DNA of 53,827 nucleotides, counting the filler, from Trypethelium eluteriae (lineage: Eukaryota): assembly GCA_051942245.1 (NCBI GenBank). It is 3 parts of 3 records of this genome, joined end to end, with 100 filler letters (N's around TTAATTAATTAA, not from the genome) between each part and the next. Parts side by side here need not be neighbours in the genome. Positions count along the whole stretch, not along the records: positions 35,967 to 53,827 come from JAVECL010000580.1; 2 more parts are not named here. One strand, given 5' to 3'. The notes beneath the pieces were generated by a model that ran no database searches, had not been told where the DNA came from, and was given only the letters and a program-made list of their open reading frames with translations. The translations under genes were made by a program, and so were the position numbers. Shown piece after piece: positions 35,867 to 48,311 of this stretch; positions within the stretch are counted from its first letter, which is position 1; each line of letters opens with the position of its first letter.

Positions 35867-35966
35867 NNNNNNNNNNNNNNNNNNNNNNNNNNNNNNNNNN
35901 NNNNNNNNNNTTAATTAATTAANNNNNNNNNNNNNNNNNNNNNNNNNNNNNNNNNNNNNNNNNNNN
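35867..35966. other. Artificial assembly gap/linker (N44-TTAATTAATTAA-N44)
   Basis: The same 100-nt linker. It separates two different truncated genes, so the true gap is much longer than 100 nt. Confidence 0.97.
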
Positions 35967-37163
35967 CTTCACCGCCCCCTCCTTCTCCACCCTCTCAATC
36001 GTCTTCTCACTCAACTCCCACAGCTCCTTCTGTACACGCTCATCCTTCACCTCCTCCCGCGCATACGGCACCTCCCCGCACTCGCGTATCAGCCATCCGC
36101 CTTCTCCCCTGCCAAACCTCGCCTCCATAGCCGCGTATAGAAAGCTCTGCGCTCCTTGATTCGGGCTTTTGAGTACGAGCCACCAGAATGGATAGGTGAG
36201 GAGATAGACGAGGAGGCCGAGGAGGGAGCCCATGGTCAGGTATCGCCGTGTGCCGGGGGTGCGGACGAAGCCGGGGTTGACGAGGAGAATGCGGGCACTC
36301 ATTTCGGCGCCGTCGGGACGCTTGTAGGAGGAGAGGTGTTTTTGGAGGGCGAGGGCGAAGGTGGTGAGGGCGAGCTTGGACGTAGCGTATGCGGTGGAGG
36401 GTTTGAAGGCAGAGGGTTCGGATGACGGGGTATTGGTGGAAAGCTTCCCTCTCAATCTAGTTGCGGGGGATGCTGTAGAAATGGTGGCTAGGTCTCCACC
36501 CATGTACGAACTGCAAGTTCCCATGATGATACGAACGTCTCGATCTGGTGGTTGGGCTCGTAATGCGGGACTGAGTATGCTGAGGAAGTGGAAGTTTGCC
36601 AGGTAGTTGATACCCCAGTTTGATTCCATCCCATCTTCCGTGACTGCTATCTTACTACCCATTGGGGTAAGAGTACTCGCGCAAAGAATAATCATGTCGA
36701 GCCGACGTGGTGGAGCGTTATCCACCCATTTAGTGGCGAATTGCCGGATACTATGCAGCGAAGACAAATCTACCCGCTCAGCATTGATGAGCTCGTTATT
36801 TGTCGAGGTCCGAAGGTCCATAATGTAATCTATGAGGAAGGCGTCGGTAAGGGGTTGCTGTGTAAGGAGGATGAGTTGAGCGCCACGCGAAGCCAGCTCG
36901 CGAGCAACTTCAGCACCAATTCCTGAGGTTCCCCCCTAAGACCATCAGACTCCACCATGCTGATACAAAGCGGGGGACTGACTTACCGTAATCATTACCA
37001 CCTTCGAGTGCATGTTTCGCTCGGAGGTGTTTCTCGCTCCTCCAAAAAACCACTTGAGGAGATAGATCCCCACAAGCCATGGTAATGTCTTGAGGATGGG
37101 TATTGCGAAAGGGATGCTTCCAATGCCATCGAAGAAGGCTTGGATAGCAATATATATGGCCAT
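35967..37163 (-). CDS. Membrane-anchored short-chain dehydrogenase/reductase (PBR1/YNL181W-like), 3' end in the gap
   Basis: N-terminal TM segment, SERNMHSKVVMIT|GGTSGIG, FATKWVDNAPPRRLDMII, YATSK and NPGFVRTPG. Confidence 0.85.
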
Positions 37164-39379
37164 CACTACGGATAGGACATCACTACAGAGTTAAAGAGAT
37201 AAATTGATTTTGGGGTAAACTCAGGGACTAGGAAGTAAGGTTATCTTAGCGTAATTCTGCGTACCCGCTTATCAGATCTATCAGACTCTCAAACCACAAT
37301 CTCCACCGACCCTACCTTACCACCGACAAGACTTAGAAGATTGCTGTGCTTCAACCGAAGCATCTTTCAGATCAACTAGTATCAAGCTCCTCAGTGACAT
37401 TCCCGTCTCTCCGAAGACTCGCTGCGCTGAGGATGCTGTCCTTGCTGTCTTCATCAGCTCCACCAGGATCATACAGGGTGTGGTACGGAGGTACTGTATG
37501 TACTTTCAGACGACGCCAAAATCAATTGCTGTGAAGTCCTTGCTTTCTTGGCGGCACTCCCGGCATGGCTCAAGTCCCTCTGCTACGATGCTAAAATTGC
37601 TGTGAATGCAACCATCACGCTTGCCCAATAACTGCGACTTGCATTAGTGTGCAGTCACACAAACCAATTAAGATCGCTAGTCAGGGAGGAGACTCGGAGA
37701 ATTGTAGAATGATTCGTTCAGATTCAATTCGCCAACATCCTTGTTGTATACGCGGTATATTTGTAAGAAGAGTGTTTAAAAGACTCTCTTGAAGGATCGC
37801 ATAGATATTGGACGCTAGAGGATGATTAAACGCCATCAGACGTGGAGCACTCCATACATCGTTATTGATCTACTCAAGACTGTTCCCATGCAAGATTCTA
37901 TACAGAAGTCTCACGCATCCAATAGCTGACGCCTCAAGGACCTAGGACTTAACAAGGGAGGGAGTTTTCACAGAACACGGAAGGTGGAAATAATCGTCAT
38001 TCCTACATGCTGAAGGCTACTAACACCTACAAAGTCACAACGCAGCGCTACTCTTGCCATTGGACGCGCCAAAATGCAGTAGAGACGTGGTAGACGAGCG
38101 ATTAGATCTAGACTGGATCGACCTAATGAGCTACCGTACAGCCTAACGACGCTTCTCCTCATCCACCGAGCCTACCGGTCGTAGTTGTCGAAAGCAGCAT
38201 CCGTGCCAGACATAAGGTCTGAAGTACCAGGCTCCAATTACGACTTAAAGCTAGCCTAAGTATTCTTCGGTCATCTCCACGTCGCTATTGCCAGGCCGCG
38301 CTAGCACGTAATCCTTAGCAGGCAAACCCGTCTGCTCAGTAATTCTAGGGAGCGAGAAACTGCACGAACCTACGTAGGGTCTCAGTGGAACATAATAATT
38401 TCGATTTTTGCTAATTGACCGATGTATTCCTCAGCGAGGCCACGGCAAAGTTGGACTGCAGGCTTGCAGACAATCAGGAGACACATTCAAGATGGAGGAT
38501 AGAGACAATGAGGACTTCGGCTAGCACAACGAGATATCCACCCATTAAGAAATAGTGCAGAAAGGGGGAACTGGGCGATACGCATAGACACAATTGTTGT
38601 AGACCAGCTCCATCAAGTAGCGAGATGATGGTCTCGATTTCACTTGAGTACTCTGTACTTCCGGGCTGTGATGCCCTTTTCACCGACACCCTATTGGACA
38701 AAGAAACTGGCAACGTGGCAACTAGTCGTAGCACTACGCGGATCCCGGGTTGAATGTCAACAATCGATGACTTAGTTCTTTGGGTGATGCGTTGATGGTG
38801 GCAGTGGTGGGTTGCTGTTACTATTCCTCATCCTGTTTCACCAGTGCGGCGGGAGATAATTCCGGATATGGCACACAAACATGCAAGGTTCGCGAGAAGA
38901 CCTTAGCTTCTTCGTCATGATTACGTAGTCACAGTTTTTCGAGAGGAGCTAGGAGAGATAACGCCTGAGAACCTTCACCAAATCTTACAGTAAGAATATC
39001 GACGATAGTCTGAGCTTGTACAGTACTTTCCTTCCCAAATGTGAGCTATGGATCTGCATCTCCTACGTTCTATACTAACGCAAACCAAGGTGCACGCATA
39101 CCACTACAATTATTGTTTGATACAACGAGCAGGGCCGAAGACGAACGCGAACGGAGGTCAGGAGAGAGGATTGTGGGAGGGAAACTTGCCCAACTTCCGA
39201 TCGCAATCCAAATCGTCATACTTTCAACAACACAAGTCACCTACAACTCGCAATCCACGGTCCAAAAGACTTGTCCGAAAGGCGAGGAGGATGCGAGGAT
39301 CAGATCTGTATTGATGACTGACTGGCGCACAAGTGGCCTACAAGCCAGACCTTAATCATATGCACAATGTATTCTGCGT

Positions 39380-40201
39380 TCAAGCATTCTTTCCTTTCCT
39401 GCTCTTCTCTTTCATCAGCCAAGCTTCTATTTTGTTCATCGCGGATTCGTCATGCTGTTGAGCAGATGTGGAGTAATCTTCATCTATCCAGCCATATGTG
39501 CCGCCTGAAAGAAGTTCATAGCCAAAACTTCTACAAGACCCAAAGTCGAGTATGATCGGACTGTCATCGCTATCGAGAGCAACGTTCGTGGGATTGAGGT
39601 CATTATGTGCGAGTCCAAGGGAATGGAGGTGCCTTACGCCGGCACGGATGCCGTCCATGCAAGCAGCAATGTCGAGATCATGTGGAACATCCTCGTAACG
39701 ATATTGCAAGACGACTTCGTGCTTATCGAGGACAATTCCGGTGATCCGACCGCGATTGACGGTGCAACCGTGATATCGGATAAGATTTGGATGGTGGTGG
39801 TGTTTGAGAAACTCCAAGATCTCCGCTTCTTCTCGAAGCAGTTGGGGCAAGAGCTTCGTTTCTTCGTCATTGTCAAGGCACAATCATTTAGGACGTTTGA
39901 CATAGAGCTTCTTTCGATCTGCTTTTGATACAATCGAGGTAGACGCGGTCTTTAGCGGATAGATTTTCTCATCCGGAATGCGCTGCAGGAGTCGATTCAG
40001 ATCTTCAGCGGTCAAATCAAACTTCCGTACACCAGGTGCCTGACCGAACCATACTATATCTTCGTCATCGACGTAGGTGAAGGTGGAGCGTTTGAACGCC
40101 CCCGTATCATAATCTTCGACCTCACAAAGGTTTGTCAAATCTCTCTTTGTGCGAATGTTAGGGGCCCCAAGAGAGCCCTCTTGTGGCTGGTCAATGCTCA
40201 T
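39380..40201 (-). pseudogene. Small fungal protein kinase-like gene with an in-frame TGA (39884-39886)
   Basis: Two abutting ORFs in the same frame: LYVKRPK*LCLD...EAEILEFL...HPNLIRYHGC...HNDLNPTNV...ILDFGS. Confidence 0.8.
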
Positions 40202-40870
40202 ATTCCATCTAGAGATGTTTGCACAGCGAACTGTTCGACTTTATGTTACGAAAGTGCGAGAAGAAGGAGCGGTCTTTGAAGAATCAAAACAGCAGAATTC
40301 TCGAAAGAGTGTTGGCATTCGACCAGGTTGACAGCAGTTGGGTGGAGAAAGAAGGCCACCTTGATTCGTGCGCAAAGCTCGAGCTGCTGTAATGCTGATT
40401 TTTGGAGCTAGTGCTGTTGGTATGTGCCCAGCAGGGCGTTTTGCGTAATACAGAAGAGGTTATACTGCTATTCGCAGTCGAGCCCTGCAACGTACTTGCG
40501 CAAGCTGTCCATACAGGTACATAGGTGTGCGTGATATGGCCTAGGCGACGCTAAAATTGCTGTGCAGTTAGTCCTTCCGCGTCTCCGAGCACCATGCCCT
40601 TTAGTACCTAAACCCCTGCAAACCCCACACCCCAACCGTACCACGCTTCCTTACACGCTTCACGCTTACAGAGTACATTCTTAAAGCGTAACCTCCCTAA
40701 GACTTCAGAGCCGCAAGGCAGACAAACATGATTAAAGAGAGACCTAGGAGAAACTATCGTTTTGCAATTGAACTTCGAATTTCGAAGTCAATGAGCCATG
40801 TCAGAGACCCTGTGACGTTCTTTGAGAAGCGAGATTTGCTCCTTTGAACGGTATTCCGGAAATCTTCATC

Positions 40871-42123
40871 ATGTGTAGATTCCTTGTCAGTAATATCAAC
40901 ACCATCCTGCCTTTGCGAAACCATGTTAAGCTTTCTCAGGTGTATAAAGGCAAGGACGAGATTCTTCTCTCGAAGTTGATCTTGGACCCTACCCACTCTA
41001 TCCTGACCCAGTCTTATGACTCTCGCTTGAGACTGGTAGGATCAATGTCCTTCGTGAAATTCTTACGTTTACTTATGATAGGATCACCGCCGGCCCCACA
41101 ATGGCGATGGCTTTGGTGTAGGCTATTACACTGACGCCCGTCTGGGACCTGAACCATGCATATTTACCTCCACCATTCCAGCTTGGAATTGCATCAATTT
41201 GGAACGGCTTGCTTCTAAGACTGTTTCGTCCTTAATCTTTGCTCATGTTCGCGCCACCACGGAGGGCAATCTCTCAGACAGTAATTGCCATCCCTTTCGT
41301 CATCGTAGCCTAATGTGGATGCACAATGGTGGTATCGGTGGTTGGCGTCATGTGAAGCGTCGACTCGCTGCCTCTGTCGGCGAGGAATGGTTCGTGAATG
41401 TTCAAGGATCAACGGACAGTGAATGGGCCTTTGCCTTGTTTCTCGACAGCTTGGACAAAATGGGGTTCAGTCCAAATACCGAGCCCGGCGAAAATGGCTT
41501 TGGCCATACGGTGCTAAGAAAGGCGATACTGAAGACGATTGAGCGAATAAACCGTCTCATAGAAGATATCCCAGAGCAGCACAAGACCGACGACACTCGA
41601 AGTCTGTTGAACTTCGCCGTCACAGATGGTCACAGCGTTGTCTGCACGAGGTATGTGAGCAGCAGAACAGACGAAGCGGCGAGCCTATTCTTTTCATCAG
41701 GGACAAGCTGGAAAGAGCAGGAACAACGTTCAAAGAACGCTGATGAAAAAGGTGACTACAAAATGGAGCGGAGAGATAAGGGAGCGGATATTGTTCTGGT
41801 AGCAAGCGAGCCACTCACATTTGAGAGAGGTCAGCCCTTGAGATCAAAACTCCCATTAATCACGCCTTTGAACTGACAAACCTTTGACAGATAATTGGGT
41901 GACAGTACCTACAAATTCAACCTTGACTATCCACAAGCAGACTGTCATGATTCATCCTATCATTGACGAGTACTACAGCAACAACCCATCCCACTCGCGA
42001 TCATCTCAGTTTGCGGAGACGAAAGGGCAAATGAGTCCAACTGCTACGAGAGCAGTAGCAGATCCCAGTGTACATGGGAACACGGGTTCTGATGATCTCG
42101 CAAGCCGAAATGTTTTGGGGTGA
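40871..42123 (+). CDS. DUG3: Class II glutamine amidotransferase Dug3 (glutathione degradation), 4 exons
   Basis: MCRFL|VYKG (N-terminal Cys nucleophile), QSYDSRLRL|DHRRPHNGDGFG, NCHPF, MHNGG, QGSTDSEWAFA and VASEPLTFER. Confidence 0.93.
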
Positions 42124-42605
42124 GACTGATGTTACTAGCTCAGAAGTATAGTATCTAGCTCTTAACGGCGTATCGCTGGTTACGTGACCCACTTGCTCTG
42201 AATATCGCATCTCATTATCAACTCGAACCTTGCGGAGCTGTTGGCATTGAAGTTACCCGCTATTTGACCTTTCTCACCATACGCATTCTAGAGGAGACCA
42301 ATGACAATGTAGCGAGGGTGTCAGGACTATATACCAGAACTAGGTATCATTTCGGAGAAAAAAAAAAAACAAGACTAATGGTTAAGCTACCTAGCCCTGC
42401 TTCTGCTCTGCGCAACCCTGGATGACAACAAGAAGACTTTGAATGATGCGAGTAATGTATCGGGCCACGCGCAAATCATCAAGCCTCAGTCAGGGAGGGA
42501 CTGGAGACGTATCGTTTCCTCTCCGCCACCTGTCCCAATGTTGCTTCACACAAATAATGAAGCTCTTGGTTGGATTTGAGTAACGAGATCATAACCCTGA
42601 CCACC

Positions 42606-44162
42606 TTAAACGTCAACAAGCCTTGGTCGTAGATGGACAGGACCCTTGTCCTTCTCTTTGCCCGCAAGGCTGCGAGGAACCGGACACACCCAGAGATCTG
42701 GTCCGTCGATCTCTTGCCCAACAGGCTGCTCATCAAAAGCCTTGTTCAGAGCTTTGGCAGCCACGGCATTCGATGTCAGTGTTGTCAGCCCGGAAGCCCA
42801 TCCATACATCAAGGCTGAGATTGTGACTCGGGAGCTCTTTGCCTGAATTAGTTTCTCCATCACCGCGTTCACCATCGGCGAGAGATTTGGTTCAGCTTCA
42901 TCCGGTTCCACAACTCTTATAGGCAGCTTCAAGGCTCGCGGGACCTCATGGCATGATAACTCACGCCATTCTTGAATGCGCTGTTGATAGTCCTGGTTCG
43001 GATCGTCGCCTAACAGAATTGAGGTTCTTTTTTTCTCTGATTGAGTCGCAACGACCTCGACAATCTCGCGCATACGAGCAGCTGCTACACTCGTTGAGAT
43101 GAGAGAATGGCCTTGAAGTACCGGATAAAGTAGCGAAGGGAGTAAATTTTGCTGATCTTCACCTTCAACCTGTCGTTGGGTCTCTTGGTTGAACCATGGT
43201 TCATTAAGACATTTGGTGTGCGAGATATCAGATACGAGGGCCAGCAAGACGGTACAGTCAACGTTGAGGGTCTCGGAGCTTCGGGCCTTTGTCAAAAGCC
43301 CATTCTCGAGTGATACGCTCAAAGGAGTGTTCTTGATTTCGGTGCCACAGTCTACCTCAATTCCCATCTCGCGAATCCGTTTGACGATGACGTCGATTTC
43401 TCTTCTGTCAGAAGCAAGTCGCGGTAATACCAGTTGGACCCTAGGGTGTTTGTATTTTACTCTGGTAGCATGGGCTGCTTTTATTAGGTCCTCAGCCACT
43501 CGGATAATGCTTAGCTTGTCCTCCTCATCTTCGATAGCATCGAGAAAGTTCATATTCTCATTTTGCATCTCTAGCAGGTCTTCACTACCCAAGCCTCTCT
43601 CAGCCATCTCGTACATCAATCTTTTGGGTGTGATCGTCGAGACCTTGATCCATTTGGCGCCATCTTCGGCAATTACATCGATCAATGCGCTATTTGCTAT
43701 CTTTTCCTTTGATGTGTAGGGTTCTTTATATGGTCCAGCGGTTTTCTTGTACCGTCCCTTGGGCGGTGGAACCCAGTATACGCGGCGTGAGAAGCCAACA
43801 AGTCCCTTACACCGTTTTGCTGCTAACCAAACGGTCTCGAGGTAAGGAAGATTTGTTCCGGAAAGACCTCCTGGTTCAAATAATTTTCCAGAATCTGCGC
43901 GAGATTCTAGGGTGCTGAGCTCCGCTCGTACCTGATTGAGTAAGCTTAGGAGCTGGTGTGGGCTTCCCGAGTTGTATGGACCAGCAAGAATACTCGGTTC
44001 CTCTTGTGTCGATTCTTGCTCTTTGCAACGTTTGACATAGTCGTAAAGCGAGTGAAGTTCAGCTTGTAATGCTCGGGCTCTTTTCAAGATATTTGATGGA
44101 CTGTGCGGATCACCTGTCGTCTCGTAATTCAGAGAGAGCTCGTGGAAAGCCAGGCGATCCAT
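42606..44162 (-). CDS. DUF1308-family protein (518 aa)
   Basis: Intact ORF with TNLPYLETVW, DVIAEDGAKWIKV, LNVDCTVLLALVSDISH, TLTSNAVA and PRSLAG. Confidence 0.8.
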   Translation of the reverse strand: MDRLAFHELSLNYETTGDPHSPSNILKRARALQAELHSLYDYVKRCKEQESTQEEPSILAGPYNSGSPHQLLSLLNQVRAELSTLESRADSGKLFEPGGLSGTNLPYLETVWLAAKRCKGLVGFSRRVYWVPPPKGRYKKTAGPYKEPYTSKEKIANSALIDVIAEDGAKWIKVSTITPKRLMYEMAERGLGSEDLLEMQNENMNFLDAIEDEEDKLSIIRVAEDLIKAAHATRVKYKHPRVQLVLPRLASDRREIDVIVKRIREMGIEVDCGTEIKNTPLSVSLENGLLTKARSSETLNVDCTVLLALVSDISHTKCLNEPWFNQETQRQVEGEDQQNLLPSLLYPVLQGHSLISTSVAAARMREIVEVVATQSEKKRTSILLGDDPNQDYQQRIQEWRELSCHEVPRALKLPIRVVEPDEAEPNLSPMVNAVMEKLIQAKSSRVTISALMYGWASGLTTLTSNAVAAKALNKAFDEQPVGQEIDGPDLWVCPVPRSLAGKEKDKGPVHLRPRLVDV

Positions 44163-44526
44163 GTAGATGTCAAACGCAGATCAGAAGGCCGTGAATTTCT
44201 GTCCAGGAGGAAAGCGTTGTAAACGCTCTAAGGACCCTGGGTAGGCCGGCGAAAATGTGTGGTACGATACTGTACCATTTCACTGAAATTATTGCTGGGA
44301 AGCTATGTTGAAAATATGTACGATTGTAGCCTCAGTGTCTCGCAGATTTTTGCAAAGACAGGCAACGAAAGAAGATAGTCTAATGAGTAAAGCAGAAGAA
44401 AGAGTGTGGAAGGCGCGAGTGTCCAGTGAATTTTGGTCATAAATTTTTTGTGCAGATGTTGCCCGCCCCTCTGCCCCTCCATCAACGAACTCACATCTAA
44501 GATTTTGACTTCTGGAACAATCCGCC

Positions 44527-45116
44527 ATGCCTTATTTCGGCACAAGCCAAGAATGGCTTGAGCAGTCTTCTTTACTGATCAAAGCTCGACCCACAACAGT
44601 ATAGAATCCTTGTTCTGTTTTTGGCTTCCATTTACAAAATCTCTAACATGAATAAAGACCCGAGTAACCGCAAAATGGACTCTCCCCAAGCTCAGGTCCT
44701 CCACCTCACCATCGAAGCGGCAGAAACGTAAAGCAGACAAAGCCAGTAATGCCTCCGCCGTTGACAACACCTCAGCTTCAGAAGCACCCACCGCGAGTAG
44801 TGTCCCGCCAAGTGCAGAACTCACGTTGAAAACGTACGATCCAGCTTCGGGAGTCACTCTCAAGTACCGCACAGATCAAGCAGCAGAGGTCGGACGCCTG
44901 GTAGCTGTCATGGGTAGACTTGGGCGGTCCATGGCAGCATCACCAGATGAGGAAATCAAGGATGAGGCGGCGGCGGCGGAGGGAGCAGTTGGAGAGCAGG
45001 GCACAGGCAGGAACACACCGGTCCCCGAAGCTGTAAGTGGTGAGACAAAGGGTGGAGCTGGACAGGGCGGCGGAGGTCAGGGAGGTGGAAAGAAGAAGAA
45101 AAAAGGGAGAAAGTAG
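44527..45116 (+). CDS. SRP21: Signal recognition particle subunit SRP9/SRP21, 2 exons
   Basis: MPYFGTSQEWLEQSSLLIKARPTT|TRVT, LTLKTYDPASGVTLKYRT, and a Lys-rich tail. Confidence 0.88.
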
Positions 45117-45539
45117 TAAAGTATATTACTGATAGATGTGGGCGCTTTCACGGATACCCTGGGTATAAGAGCGAAGCAATTTTGTTATGTTATCAATGAT
45201 GAGGTTATGATTACACTTGAGTCTCGATTGCAGGGCCTGAAGGAAGCAAAAATGGGGGCAAGTGGAGTTACTGTCTTATATGTAGCCGCCCAACCAAGGC
45301 GGGCTGCGTAAAAGACTGGACAGAGGACTTGATCTCACAGTGGCATCATACATAAGTACGAATCAGGTTGGTGAATTGCAGCTCTTCTAGTACTTGAGGT
45401 GAGATGGCTGATTGGGATTTGATAGGATAAGCAGCCACCTCGACTTATCTACTTTGAGGGTATCAATATACAAGTGCGGAATGCATCATTCCTCTAGCCT
45501 ACAGCTTTGAAATCGTGTGTAGTCTTAAGTTCGACCTCA

Positions 45540-47630
45540 TCAACCTTTGATGGTTGTGTCAAATATTTTGTGCATCCTCATCCACTGAAGGTCCGCATCT
45601 TCCTCGTCCCCTTCTTTGCTTCCTACGGGGACCCCATATTCCATTATACAGCACTCGAAAGGCCTGCTGGAACATGGGAGCCCGGCTTTGCCAAGCATGG
45701 ATAGAGCTGGATCGGGAGTATAGCCTCCGATGGCGGCTTTTGCTTTGATCTCCTCAAGGTCACCCCATAGGATGAAGAGCTTCTCCCGGAGCTTCGAAAG
45801 AATCTCCTCGTCCTTCCGTAAACTGTTCGCGTGGAATGAGAATACTGCTGTGCTTATCTAAATTGAGAGAGGAGAGCTTACTCTGTCGCCTCCATATCGA
45901 GCAGAAATTCGGCATCCTTTCCAGCTACAAGGAGCTTCAAACTTGTTCTGAGTTCCGCTATTCTTGGGCGTCTCGCGTCCTCGACGAGAAGATAAAATCC
46001 CCATTCCCACTTTTTATGGGTCTCCCCATCAATCTCCATGCAATCTTGATCATCATTCTCTGACTGTTCTGCATCATTGTATACAGCATCGTCATATGCG
46101 TGTGCAAAGTCTTCCAAGTTGTGAGGATGGAAATCGACTACTCGGATACTAGACCGGTATTTCGCATTAATGAAAGGGAGCATGCGCTCAATGCCCGAGG
46201 GAGTCTTGTCTTGCAGGCGAGGACTGTTCACTATATCTCTGATCCGCGTCAGGGAAACGGCACCGTGCTGACATTGGACTGGGGATAATTAGCAAAAAGT
46301 CAGAGATAATCAACCGCTCCTCGGCTTTTACCATGTTGATTCTTCTGATTTTCATCTTTGGTCCCATTCAACATCTTTATTTCATCACGGAGTCTCGCCT
46401 CGCCATGTTTTCTTGCTTCAGCCTTCTTCTGTTTCTTGTCCCGCTTTCTGCTCTTTGCACTCGGTTGTCTGTTTGCTGGGACCTCGTCTGTCACACTGGT
46501 GCCGAGGGTGCTTTCATATTCCTCTTTTCGCAACTTCACATTGCGCACTCGTTCATTCTTACTAGTTGTAATTTTCTGAACAAGAACACGGTCGGGAGCT
46601 AGATGATCAGGGAAAATATTGCCCTCAAGATTTCCGCGACTATCGGGTTTGATGCGCACATTCTGGAGAGCGACAAAGTCACCAACAGTTACCTGGAATT
46701 GGGCATAGCTTGCGTGGGGATGCTTGAGCTCAATCTTCAGAGTCAGCTTCCCAAAAGGACCCTGCCACTTCTGCTGGACCGGATCAGAATAGCCAAACTC
46801 GTCACCATAATTATGTCGGTTTTCTGCATTGGAGCCCTCATTAGGAGATGCATGATCTGGCAATAGACTGTTGGAAGTATAATCCGTTACGTATAGATCT
46901 ACTTCGCCGTATGAGGTGGGGAAGACCTTGATGACTTGTCCGACAAGGTCATAAAAACTTTGGGGTCTGATGTCCTCGATGAGAGAGAATTTTGTTTGGC
47001 GAGGACTCGATTGATGCTGGCTTTGCACGCCGACACTATGGGCATGAAGTTCGAGCGAATTCAGGTTTTCTTTTAGATAGATCGCATAAAGCTGTTCCGG
47101 ACTGGATGGTGGGGCTGCACCACGAGTTGCAACATGCGGTAATTGCCTGTCACCACTGAAAGGAGCCTGATATCCGGGCTTCGGTATGGATTCGTGGTAA
47201 AGAACAACACACGAGGAGCTTTTGTTGGTCATTGCAATTGCTTCTCCTCTGAATTCTTTGACCTGTTGCAGTGTTGTCAGGTACTTTGATAACTAAGTTT
47301 GCGTGCATCTGGTGATGCAAACCTTGATATTGCGAAGAATCACAACGTCACCTAAAGATTTGACCTTGGGTAAGAACTCCTCTGTACGTCCAAAGCATCT
47401 CACCCGGAGTCCATTACTGCGCAGTTCTTGGTCCTGCAGGACAAGAGTGCACAGAAGATCTATGTGTCTCTCTTAGTATTTGTTGAGCCGGCATTGGGTA
47501 GCAGCTCACCGTCACGGGTACGTGTTGGAGGCATATGGTCCGTAACCATGCCAATGACATTGATCGGCTTTTCGCATGTCTTCAGAGCCTCAGGCAGAGT
47601 GCAGTAGTTTTGGGGAAGATTCGCGGACAT
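45540..47630 (-). CDS. POT1: Telomere single-strand-binding protein Pot1, multi-exon
   Basis: OB1 INVIGMVTDHMPP...LPKVKSLGDVVILRNIK, OB2 FYDLVGQVIK...LYVTDYTSN, and C-terminal LPFINAKYR..RVVDFHP, KLFILWGDLEE, PFECCIMEYGV. Confidence 0.9.
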
Positions 47631-48311
47631 GTTGATACTTTAAACGCTCTGGCCTTAATGCATGTGCAAAAGAATTGAGTATTTGGGAAAGGCAATATGG
47701 TGGAGGAGGATTAGAGAGAACTCTTGCATGAACATAAGGTCTGTCAGTAGACCTTAGCGGATACCAAAGCTACAATGAACATCGTGCTCACTCATATTAC
47801 TGCCGTACCTTGTACGTACTGAATGAGATACGTCTGGGCAAGCGCTTGGAACAACATGTGTAGAGTATGAGCGGACGAAAAATTTCACTTAGGTGGATTC
47901 CAAGCAAATTACCTACGGAATTGATAAGCGTTTGGTTGCGTCAGGTCAGTTGATAAATATTTCGACTCCGGTGAATGGAGGACGCGTGAAGGGTGATATT
48001 TAGAAAGTCGCGTCGCGCTCACCCACCTTGCATTCACGCTGAAAGCCGCCTCGACGGGAGGTTCTGGCTGTTGCGGGGGGCTGAGTCACGTGCTGGCGGC
48101 GTCCCCCTGCCCAGGTGCCCACTCCGGGCAAACGTAGGAAGTCTTCGCGAGAGGCCGCTGCTCTTCACTCGGATTCCCTCTTGCACTCACCCCAGCCTCT
48201 GCCTTGCTCCCTCTCACTTTTCACTTGCATGCCACCTGCATAAGCTCTCTTTCTGAGTCCCACAACTCCCCTTGTTACATCCACCGCACTGCTGAGCGCA
48301 AAGTTGCAAAC

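Noticed and set aside
34383..42123. Sulfur-metabolism cluster (CDO1 plus DUG3)
   Set aside because: The genes are separated by unrelated genes and an assembly gap, and no shared regulatory motif was seen.
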